DNA of 48,438 bases, the filler included, from Sphacelaria rigidula (Eukaryota): assembly GCA_964200075.2 (NCBI GenBank). It is 3 parts of 3 records of this genome, joined end to end, with 100 filler letters (N's around TTAATTAATTAA, not from the genome) between each part and the next. Parts side by side here need not be neighbours in the genome. Positions count along the whole stretch, not along the records: positions 1 to 16,082 come from CAXNAA020001492.1; 2 more parts are not named here. One strand, 5' to 3'. A program made the position numbers and the translations under genes. Shown here one piece after another: positions 1-9,640 of this stretch. The first letter of the stretch is position 1. Every line of letters begins with the position of its first letter. Below the pieces are notes generated by a model that had not been told where the DNA came from, ran no database searches, and saw nothing but the letters and a program-made list of their open reading frames with translations.

Positions 1-243
1 GGCTTTGTAGGGATGCAAGGCCCCTGGCCACATGAACACGGGGTGCAAGATAATGAGTACGCCCCCCCCCCCCCTTCCCCTCACGGTACATGCATGCGCA
101 CTTTGGCTCGATTTGAGTGTCCGGAGATATCGCTTTCGTGTGTGACTGTTGCGGGGCATATGCTTGATGATTTGACGATCGTATTGATGTCGCCCTTGTA
201 TATCCCTTGGCTACGGTGACCATGATTGTGTGATGTGATGCAG

Positions 244-387
244 TTGAAGGAGCTGGTGCCGTCGTTCGACCTGGGGTTCATGGACCAAGACGAATTCCGG
301 GATTTCTACAAATTTTCGTTTCAGTTCTCCAGGGAGGGGACACACCGCACCATTGAAAGAGACGTCGCCGTCCCCCTTCTGCAGATG
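244..387 (+). CDS. DCN1: DCN1-like (DCUN1D, PONY/cullin-binding domain) internal exon; gene 5' part lies before the window
   Basis: cag|TTG...CAG ATG|gtgaga, phase 0-0. Encodes LKELVPSFDLGFMDQDEFRDFYKFSFQFSREGTHRTIERDVAVPLLQM, matching the DCN1 'FKDFYQFTF.FAK..GQK.L....A' pattern. Confidence 0.88.
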
Positions 388-459
388 GTGAGAATTTCGA
401 TACAGTACACCGCAGGCCACGGTGGGATCGCCGGTATACGTCGTTGATCGCCCCTCCCC

Positions 460-590
460 CGAGTAATGAGTGCCGAAATGTTGGACGTGTCACTGTTAAG
501 AGTAGGAATGGTGCTTCGTCTCGCAAGGGATGCGTGGTCAATGGTCAAACGACTGAGGCAAGCAGCACATGAGCACCTCCCCCCCCTCCC
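460..590 (+). mobile_element. 3' tip of a LINE-like retrotransposon (same family as 28262-28805)
   Basis: Reads NECRNVGRVTVKSRNGASSRKGCVVNGQTTEASST* followed by TGAGCAC + C-run. Close reverse-strand match to 28283-28396. Confidence 0.7.
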
Positions 591-594
591 AGAG

Positions 595-945
595 AAACCT
601 CAACTCCGCGCAAAGGGAATGATGGTGAATGGTGAGACATCCATGAGACAGTGTGTGGAACCTGACGCTGCTCTTGATATGGCAATACCAGAAAATGAAG
701 CAACTTGCTCGAGGCTGTCACCCATACGCGAGACAATCAGTACTCTTCGGGCGAAACAATCGTAGCGGGATGCAGCTTACCCTTCATTCGACTCGCCGCA
801 ACATATCACGGCGCTTCGCGCTTGGTGATTGATGAGCTTGGTGTGGCGAAACCTCGGTGTGCTCCGTCCCGGCTTTGTAGGGACACGAGGTCAACTGTCA
901 TATGACTACGGCATGCATATCATGGGTACACCCCCTCCTCCCAGT
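595..945 (+). mobile_element. Dispersed repeat, probable 5'-truncated LINE 3' end ending CATG(A/G)GTAC+C-run
   Basis: Homologous copies at 1-78(+), 3824-4065(-), 4735-4790(+), 12905-13225(+), 32363-32485(-). Shared motifs include gaaatgaagcaact, catcacggcgctt, cccggctttgta, atgactacgg. Confidence 0.65.
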
Positions 946-1551
946 AACACCCCCGCTGATGAGTTCGAAAGTGTTCGTTGCGTGTGCGTGACTGCAAAGG
1001 CATGGCGGTAAATACGTTGACCGCGCAGGCACTATGTTAGATTGTACCTGTCCAGAGCCCCCTGTACCTTCGGCGTGTTAAAAATCGTTAAAAGTATTTC
1101 CGTACATTAGCCCGATCTCTCGGACCCGTGGTCGTAGACGTGGGCTCGTCTTTCCAATACCGTCCCTGCTATTCCTTACAAAAGGTGGAGTTCTACTCGT
1201 TTCTCCTGATTCTCCAGAAAAAGAGCAGAAAAAATGTAACATATATTAGGCACGTGGTCACACCAAAGTGTGAATGCGCTTTTTCTGTATGCGGTGATGA
1301 TGCCGCGAAGGGACACGTTCTCCGTACATGCTTGGGACGAACAGTAGCATAAGTTACCGATTCAGTAGTGCGTACTGTTTTATTTCGTGTGTCGTCGGTT
1401 ACTTTGGAATGCTTGGCTGGATCATTGTGATCAGCTTTTGTGAGAGGATCAATCAATGATCAATGAACAAATCTGGCGATGGGTCTTTACGCTGTTCAAC
1501 TTGGAGTTCCGTAACCGTGATTATTCTTTTCTTTTTTTTCCCGTGCTTCAG

Positions 1552-1708
1552 GTGATGGGAACACGCGGCCGTTACACAGAAGACTTCGTCGAGTTTTTGA
1601 AGCAGCTACCGCAGAACACGAGGGTCACTTTTGATCAGTGGTGCTCGTTCCTCGAGTTCTCATCGACGGTTACGGACGGCTTCGAGGGCTACGACGAAGA
1701 TGGTGCTT
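1552..1708 (+). CDS. DCN1: DCN1-like penultimate exon
   Basis: Polypyrimidine tract + cag acceptor, T|gtgagt donor (phase 1). Encodes VMGTRGRYTEDFVEFLKQLPQNTRVTFDQWCSFLEFSSTVTDGFEGYDEDGA, with the D.W..FL.F and YDE.GA motifs. Confidence 0.9.
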
Positions 1709-1734
1709 GTGAGTTCAACACGCATGATGCTCTA

Positions 1735-1792
1735 TGTTGTCGTCGTCGTTGTTGTTGTTGTTGTCGTTGCTGTTGCTGCTGTTGCTGTTGCT
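1735..1792. repeat. Compound (GTC/GTT/GCT)n microsatellite
   Basis: Seen directly; explains the spurious poly-Cys/poly-Val ORF tails. Confidence 0.9.
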
Positions 1793-2298
1793 GTAAGAGA
1801 CACACCCCGGACAGAACATGGTCAATTTGCAATGGATAAGATGGCCTGCAAAAGGGATAGGCGTATTGTAATTGTTGACCACATAGTGTCCAGGATGTGG
1901 TGACAAGTCATGCCAGGGTAGGGGTCACACATTTGGGCCCAGATGTTCCTTCCTCGTTGAAGGACTTCTAAAATTGAGAGCTAGGCACAGTTCAGGATAT
2001 TCCCGTTTTTCAAGTTTATTCGGCATATATATCCCTAGTCCACTAGAATACTAGTCGTGGCGTACTCTCATTTATTTCACTGGTCGTTTTTTGGGGTGAG
2101 ATGGAGGGCTCCTCATGATTCCAACTTGACAAATCTTTTTGTGCACTTTAACCTACGGTGGCATGAACCTAACGCACGTCACAGCTGTATTGTGGTTTCA
2201 TGAACCCTCTTCCGCACGATACCTTGGTTTGGAGAGGCGACCTCAAGTTTTGGTCGTGTATCTATGGTAGATTTTTTCGAAAAAACTAAAAATAATAA

Positions 2299-2338
2299 CG
2301 CTAACGCTAACCCTAACCCTAACCCTAACCCTAACCCC
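2299..2338 (+). repeat. Interstitial telomere-like (CCCTAA)n tract
   Basis: cgctaa cgctaa ccctaa ccctaa ccctaa ccctaa cccc. Confidence 0.8.
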
Positions 2339-2955
2339 GACTCAAAGCGTACGAGACCCTCGGGTAAGGGGCGTGCATTGGTTCCCCTAGGCAACGTGTG
2401 CATTGGTAGACCTCAAATCGACGCCGCAGGCGCCGATTTCGACAAAAACACATTCTAGAAAAGCTGGGTCTACTGCTCACCTGCCCCGAACCATGAATTT
2501 TCTCACAACTTTCTCAAGTCTGAAGTCAAGTAATAGTGTCAACCATAGATATACGACCAAAGCTTTAGGTCTACTGGGTTTGAACCATGTGTCGTTCCAA
2601 TGCCCTCGTACTACGTGAAGCACAAGCTTGTGGTCTTGATCGATATGTTCACTGTTGCCGTGTGTGTTGTGCATGTTACAGGTGTAGTTATGCTGCTGCG
2701 GACAATCCCTCTACCTAGACGAAGTTACATTGATATTTTCCGGGGTGCACTGAAACAGCAAGCTGTACATCATTTGTGACGCAGATGCTTGGCTACGCTG
2801 CCGTGTGCAGCGTGCAAGCAAAGGATGTAAGAGTGTGTTTATACCGTCGAACGTGTGTGAAGGTTATCCATAAACCGCACTCTCCGTCATGCTTGTATGG
2901 TAGCCCCTCCGTTTTCCCCGGGACAGGCTCGTGATCCTCGAGGGTACCATGAAAG

Positions 2956-2956
<1 letters not shown>

Positions 2957-2989
<33 letters not shown>

Positions 2990-3222
2990 TCGATCTCATC
3001 TCGATCTCAACTCCGGTGCGCACTCGACGTTTTGGTATGGCGTTCGGATAAGCGGCAAGATCCGTCAAAAGTACTGTTGCTTCGTACTCACGTACTCACG
3101 TTAACCCGGCGGGAATGGGATACTCCTCAGAAGAACCCGTATCGGCCGGGATCCGAACCCTCGACCATCCGCCGGACCCGAGTTCTGGATTACTAGTTGG
3201 ACTGTAGGGGTGCGGCGGCAGC
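2957..3222 (-). mobile_element. tRNA-derived SINE
   Basis: Minus strand shows an A-box-like tacagtccaactagtaa, a B box gggttcggatccc, a unique body, then a (GAGATC/GAGAT)n tail grading into (GA)n. Confidence 0.6.
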
Positions 3223-3823
3223 TTCTTTAGTTTTCGTCTTTTTTTGTTTTCATTTCTCATCTTTTATTTGTGGCATTTTGAACCCCTCCCCTTCACGGGG
3301 ACGAGCCCGTTGCCTCAAGGGATCAACCCATCTCTCACCCGTGCAGCTGTATCTCAGAAATGTGTCCATCATTTTCCTCGCGAACAACTGCAAGTCCTTC
3401 CTATCTAGTACGTGAGGTGTGTTCGGGGAGGGTTCCTGTCCGACGTTTTGTAGGACGAAATGTGTGGTGAAACAGGTACGCGTGGGTAGCAGGAAAGTTT
3501 TTTTTCCTGTGGCTGACAAACCGAAGGTGCGTCTTGTTCTTTTTCGCTTTTCCCGGAGTAACTGATTTCCTCTGTTGACATTGTTGACAGCGTGAGAAAG
3601 TGACTAGCAAGAGGAGCTTGAGTTTGTTGCAGGGGAGTTGGCGCGGTCGGGGCGCTGCTTATCCAATCTGCGAGACCAAAATACAAGGCGTGTATGAGGA
3701 GGTTCTACCCATGATCTTGCATGCCGTAGTCATGGATATGACCGTTGACCTTGCATCCCTCCGAAGCCGGGACGGTGCACGCCGGTTTTTCGCCGGACCA
3801 GGCTCGCAATCAATCGCCGAGCG

Positions 3824-4065
3824 CGAAGCGCCGTGATGTGTCCGGCGAGCCGTGTGAAGGGTTACATGCACCCTCGTGAGATGATTCGGCCCGAAGCGTA
3901 CTGATTATCTTGCGTATGGATGGCAGCCTTGAATGAGTTGCTTCATTTTCTGGTATCGCCACTTCCAGAGACAGCCACAGCTTATACACTGCCCCATAGT
4001 TATCTCACCATTTCAACACTTCGTAGTACGATCATCTCCTTTGCGCGGAGTTGAGGTTTTCACAC
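3824..4065 (-). mobile_element. Copy of the LINE-like 3' repeat (family of 595-945)
   Basis: Reverse-complement similarity to 595-820 and 12940-13100. Confidence 0.65.
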
Positions 4066-4221
4066 CCCGCACAATAGAATCTAGCTCGGCTATCATTATG
4101 GTTACAGCAAAAAGGCAAGCGCGCAAAAAATGGGTCACGTGGTTGCCTAGCTTACGCAGTGAACGGCGTGTTTTACAGCGTCATCGCCAACCGACGCCAA
4201 CCCTATAGGCGTTCAAAAGCG

Positions 4222-4484
4222 AAAACCTCACGCCATTTTAAGGAGTTAGGCCCTGAAAATTTGCACAACTGTGCTATGGGTGATCACGCAACTTTGGATG
4301 AACGGGTTTTTTTCAGTTTTATTTCTTCAACGATTCACGGGGGTCCGATTTGATCGATGTTTCCCTGAAAAACTGGGACTTCCGAAAAACGGTGGAAAAA
4401 TTCGAAAAATCGAAAAACCTTGACCTTCGAAAGTTGCGTAATGCCCCATGGAATATCTAACTCCTGAAAATGGCGTGAGGTTTT
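4222..4484. mobile_element. Foldback/MITE-like element
   Basis: 28-bp inverted repeat aaaacctcacgccattttaaggagttag / ctaactcctgaaaatggcgtgaggtttt (1 mismatch), plus inner gcaacttt/aaagttgc. Confidence 0.7.
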
Positions 4485-5279
4485 GCCGATGAGTGTTCTT
4501 TGGGTGATGAGACTGAACCAGCCTGTATAAGAGAACTTTTCTGCTTTTTCGATTGGTTATCCAGTAGCTATCTACGTCAAACATTTCCTGCAAAATTTGT
4601 CAACGATATGGTATCTGTTCTATATTAACTATTTTGCTGCGATCTGTGTGCGGGGTGGGCAGCATACTTTGAAAATGTATATAAAGCACTACAATGCCCC
4701 CCCCCCTCCCCCTCCCCCTTCAGCCCGTCTCAATAGTGTTGTGGCTATGGCATGCATGATCATGAGTACCCCCCCCCCCCCTCCTTTCCACCCCCTCCTA
4801 CCCTCGACTTCAATGCGATATATTGGAAGTGTAGGCAATAATTGACCGACCTCAAGGAAGACTCAGCCTTGAAGTGGATTGGGCCACACCAACCGGAGGA
4901 GTAGTGGTGCATGCCGACTCAGAGTCGCGAATTCCCCCGGTACGGGTCTTGAAGTTTGGTGAACCCAAAGTTTTGCTCATGACGCCGTGTAGCGGCACCT
5001 GACCCCCGTTGTCCGCACCAATACTTTTCTCGGCGCTGTGACCGTCTCTGTCTGGGGTAGACCTCCTTGTGCCTGAGCGTTCATGATCTCCATTTCGTTG
5101 AGGTTCGGTTCTGGGGTGGGTTGATGTGGTGAATTAACAACAACAGCGCATGGGACCAATTTGTAGACGAAGAATAGCACGTGGGGTCCACTAAAGGTTT
5201 CAAGGGTCGGACACGTAATGATTCGTCTGAAAAATACTTGGTTTTAGTATGATGAGTCGACACGTGACGAATCAATCCC

Positions 5280-6372
5280 TAGGCTTTATTTCAGCTTCGC
5301 AACCCAGGTACACGCAGCCCCGATACGTGGAAGGGCGCAAAAGTTGCGTGGATGCCCCTTGGACCAGCGATGAACTTTTTTCTCTCTTTTTGGCAATCAG
5401 GCCGAAGAAATCGTGAAATTGATGATTTTGAGTCGGGATGATTTGTCCTAACCGCGAAAGGTTTAGAGCTCGACGGGTGAACATGGTGATGACTGCAAGG
5501 CCGATTTCCACCGCCGTGATATAGTGGGATTTTGATTGATTGTCACCCTTCAACCGACCACCCAGGGATCCAGCCGTGGTCATATGATTAACGTACCCAG
5601 AAAAAACAAAAGTGAAGCACTCGCTAAAGAAAAATAAGGAACAGAAAAAGTAGAACAAAACGGCATAGTAGACTAAGACGTGAAAAAACATGATGGTAAT
5701 GAAAAAAAGGCAGTCACCCGTGAAACGAACAGGCTGAAAGTGGGGATACTGCTGGGCTGTAGAAGCACGTATTGAGCGGAACGAGTCTTGACACAGTACC
5801 AGACAAGGTTTTCGTGAGATGAAGAGTTTAGCATTCGGTTGATGGCAAAAAAAAAATTGTAGCTCTTTGTGAAATCGGCGTCATGTTCGCTTGGACAGAT
5901 ACCGCGTGACCTTGATTGCTAACTTTGACGGTCGAACGGTTTTAAGATTCCGAAGAATTTGGTCGTTGGATGTATATTCCGAAAGCAAACAAACGCCGAT
6001 ATATGATTGTTGCACTCCTTGGACAAGATGTCGTTTGCTGCAAAAGGGGAAAAAAATGTGCTCCGTCAAGTATACGCCTATTGCAACTAGCGTGGGCAAC
6101 ATATGGTCAATAGTTCAAGGGTCGGACAAATCAATCCCTCGTCCGGAAATCACTTGTTTCTAGTGTATTCGATTCGAATCGTACGAATCAATCACTAGGC
6201 TTTATTTTCAGCGTTGCAACCCAGGTACACGTAGTCCAGACACGTAGAATGGTGCAAAAGTTGCGTGGATACCCCTTGGACCAGCGGTCAACTTTTTTCT
6301 TCCTTCCGGGCAATCAGGCCGAAGAAATCGTGGATTTTGGGATTCCAACCCGTGATGATTCGTCCTAACCGT
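5280..6372 (+). repeat. Pair of ~175-bp direct repeats (5280-5453 and 6196-6372)
   Basis: Both read taggctttattt(t)cagc..gcaacccaggtacacg...aaaagttgcgtggat.ccccttggaccagcg...ggcaatcaggccgaagaaatcgtg...gtcctaaccg. Confidence 0.8.
5533..5690 (-). mobile_element. Retroposon 3' end with (AATC)n tail
   Basis: Similar to 24749-24910 and 23897-23960. Minus strand ends accacggctgga.cc..gg.tggtc.g...acaatcaatc. Confidence 0.6.
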
Positions 6373-6561
6373 GCAATAGTTGCAGTAGACGAAAAATATA
6401 CTGCGTGGAGGGTGTGGATTATTTGGAATCGCGATGGTCACTAGCCTACACTTGCATTCAACATATTATTCAGAATAATATATTTTCGGAAAGCTTGGCA
6501 TAATGTCCGACGTGTAATCATGCCCTGCTCAACGTACAGTAGCTCATTGATGAAAGGAATG

Positions 6562-8131
6562 CAGTGGGGGGCTCTCAGTAGTGCCGGTATGTGCCCACCA
6601 CGGACACCGGCACTACTCAGAGAGCCCGGCACTACCCTGAAAAGTGCCAAAACAGGTGCAATTGAGGGCTCTGAATACCTCAGTAGTGGCGGTTCTGGCA
6701 CTACTGACGACCGTCCGTTCGTACAGTGCTACGCTTGCCCTTCGTGGGACTAACGGAAGCACAATACGGACGAGGACCTTTGTTTCAAGGGGTTTCGATA
6801 GGATACGTCACGTAAGGTTTCGGGGTAGCAGAACTCAACCCGATGTTTTTTTGTTTTTCACATTCAACTTGATTGATCCTGTTCACAAGTTGATCATTTC
6901 CTTCCCTACTAGCACAACAGCAGCAGTACGGCCACAAAAGTTGCTCATGCCGAAAGACCTTCCCGACAAGAAAAGCAATGACACATCTGCACCCAACGCA
7001 ACTCTGAAGGTGCGGCATCTGGTGTGGAAGAAAACTCACGAAAAAGTACACCGCCCACCAAAAGGAGTGAGTGAAAAAGAATGAACCACACCCCTTTTCA
7101 CTTCCTGCCGGCTACCGAGACGAGGAGAGTGAGAAACAAACGACCTCGAAAAAAAACACACCGATGCAGCAAACTAGACACGACTCCTCCCGTGGCTGTG
7201 CCCGGGCGTAGATGCTACGGGCTGCCCGATAGAAAACAACATCCGTGAAGCAACCACCAAAGAAACACCTATGACTTGCATTAGCCCCCGCATGTCCCTC
7301 CTCATTCCGTCGGCAAAACTCTCTCGAGTCTGCTTGGCGCGTTCGCCTGTTGGCATACGCTGCAACCATCTCCACCCTTGCTTTGGACAGGTACAAAGCT
7401 GCGTTTGCATTCCCACTGTACTGCGCTGCCCTCTCCAGGATGCCGAAGTGAGACGAGAGTTCACCGTAGGGCAGTGGGGCACCATTCCCGCTCGCCGTGC
7501 TCTCGTCGTCATCCTCCTCGTCCTCCTCTTGCTCCTCCTTCGAGTCCCTACCATTGGCTGTCCCATCCAAGAGGGCCGTGAGTTCCTCCGCCGCGTCCGT
7601 TCGCATGGTCTTCACCACGTCTGTTTTCGCGCGTGTGCTTGTGGACTGCCCCGATCCAGCACCCTCGGATGAAACCTTTGCGCGCTTGCCCTTTTTTTTA
7701 AAGCACTTGCTGCAGATGCGGTGCATTTCGTTGTCGCCAAACATGCTGCCGCAATACCGTGGAGCCTCACGCCACATGTCCCCTGGCAACCGTGGCCATG
7801 ACGGCCTTCTGACGTCGTGACCTGCACTAGGCACAGTTCACCTTCCGCACAAGGCATGTTGTGTCTCTACGTTGCGAGGTCTGCACCAGCACGTACCCTG
7901 CTGTACCCCTACTGGTGCTTGGTTGGTGGGGGATAAGGCGTGCGTGAGTGTGTCCGGAACCGGCACTACTAAGGGTGCAAAACCGTTCAAACCGGCACTA
8001 CTGAGGGTCACCTGTTTGTAGTGCCGGGCGGCACTACTGCGAGCTCTGGCTGTGCCCGGAGTTTTTACCGGCATTATATAGGTCGTTGGCACTATTCAAC
8101 CGGCACTACTGAGAGCCCCCCCCCCCAACTG
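6562..8131 (-). mobile_element. Internally deleted Tc1/mariner (pogo/Tigger-like) DNA transposon inside DCN1 intron
   Basis: TIRs CAGT(T)G(6-11)CTCTCAGTAGTGCCGGT at both ends. TA follows the right end; TG precedes the left end. Many subterminal GGCACTAC repeats. Residual transposase-like N- and C-terminal coding sequence, no DDE core visible. Confidence 0.8.
7310..7857 (-). pseudogene. Residual transposase-like ORF: Cys/His-rich N-terminus fused to acidic C-terminus ending in a degenerate PIP-box-like motif
   Basis: MPCAEGELCLV...HGHGCQGTCGVRLHGI /1-nt frameshift/ CGSMFGDNEMHRICSKCFKKKGKR...EEEDEEDDD...LPYGELSSHFGILE...LSKARVEMVAAYANRRTRQADSREF. Confidence 0.6.
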
Positions 8132-9130
8132 TATTGCGTACTCGTGCATGAAGCTCAAAAGCAGGCGGGCAGTGGATAATCCATCGAGTACAGTGTCGTA
8201 CCCTGTACCCTACGGTAATACATTGTAGGACACTTCATCATTACATGCTGATGCCGTGTTGTAGTACATGATGGCACAGTCGTTATTGCCAGAACAGTGA
8301 ACGAACAATGCGCGAGAAGAGTTCAGTAGTGCGATGCCATACATCCCCCTGCAAGTAGAGCGACAGCAGAGTCTAGGAGAGTACAGTACCGTTCGTTACG
8401 GTGGTACAAATGGCGACGCAGTGCAGCATAGAATATTACCATCGCCGTAGGGTACGGCGTCAACACTTCTTACCCGCTTGTCAAACCCTGTGCGGAGCTG
8501 CTGCAGCAACTGGCGCGGCCAGGCACGTCCTGGGCTGTCACGAGACTGTCGTCTGCTGCAGTTGCAAAAATATCAAACGCCTCGCACCCTACCATTGTAC
8601 GTCGATGCACGTACGTCACCTCGAAAAAACCAGGGGGTGTCACGATATCACAACAATCTCCACCGATTTTTTCCATATATCGGGGGAAATCGTTCCAAGA
8701 TCGTGACACCCCGATGTTTTCTCCCCCGATTAGGTCCAAATCGATGTCGATAAAATGCGCTCCCCGATTTTTTGCCCCCGATGCTCGAAAAAATCGAGAT
8801 TGATGATTGCCATAAAAGACGGTCTAACAGTATATGTCGCGAACTTGTGCGCCGCCCTGGAACGTGACTTTTGTATACGCAAATATTACACGGCAATATA
8901 GAGTACTCTCAAAACCGCTCCACGGAGTCAGGGCGGCGGGTATGTTGTACCTGCAGTGATCGATCTACTCATGCCTCTGCTGTCCGCAGCAAGTGGTACT
9001 GTATCGTGTGTGGCCAGATGCCAAGGGACCCTTCGCTGTAAAAAAAAATGTTATGAGGGATGACTTTTGTACCGCTAGTCAATTTCCAACCTCTGTCCCA
9101 AAACCTTTTTTTCTCGTCGGTGGTTGCCAG

Positions 9131-9216
9131 GGCCCATCATGCTGGACGAGTTCGTGGAGTACTCGAGAGGCAAGAATGGTGGAGCGGCAACTTCGGGCCA
9201 AAAAAGTCGACCGTGA
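9131..9216 (+). CDS. DCN1: DCN1-like terminal exon
   Basis: ccag|GG CCC ATC ATG CTG GAC GAG TTC GTG GAG. Split codon T+GG restores YDEDGA-WPIMLDEFVEY, the DCN1 DAD-patch end. Stop TGA at 9214-9216. This frame is absent from the ORF track. Confidence 0.9.
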
Positions 9217-9640
9217 CCTATTCCAACCCCGTCATGGTTGTCATAATCCACATGGCCGTTGGATTATGCGTGTGCTCTCTGATATGACCGGTGATACATT
9301 TTTGTCTGACGATTGTCGGGGTTGTGGTTCATTCTGACTGTTGAAATCGTGTGTTTGAGTTTCTTTGCTCTGTGGTCGTTAGGGGTGGAAACACGTCGTT
9401 GGTTAGAGTGTAGCAAGGGTGAGAGACGGACGGCATGGTTTTGTTATTTGTTTTTGTTTTTGTTTTCTTTTTTTTTGGTGTTGTGAAACTGTTTGAACAC
9501 GTTTTTTACCGCTGAACAGACTTGCAATGGTTGTGTGTGCTGGGCGAGAAGGATAATAGCCGTTGAAACGGTGACGCGCAACCGCTTGAAAGACGAGAGC
9601 AATTGAACACGACCGTTTCATTTTGGATATATAGAAGTAT

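Noticed and set aside
1709..1839. Poly-Cys C-terminus of ORF 1456-1839 (metallothionein-like)
   Set aside because: It is intronic microsatellite read past the gtgagt donor at 1709; the true end is exon 9131-9216
3127..3222. Functional tRNA gene (also 38190-38270)
   Set aside because: B box present but no acceptor/anticodon cloverleaf can be closed; body and tail indicate a SINE
6600..8110. Spaced GGCACTACT repeats as a CRISPR-like array
   Set aside because: Short, irregularly spaced, in both orientations, clustered next to TIRs; no cas genes; eukaryotic context
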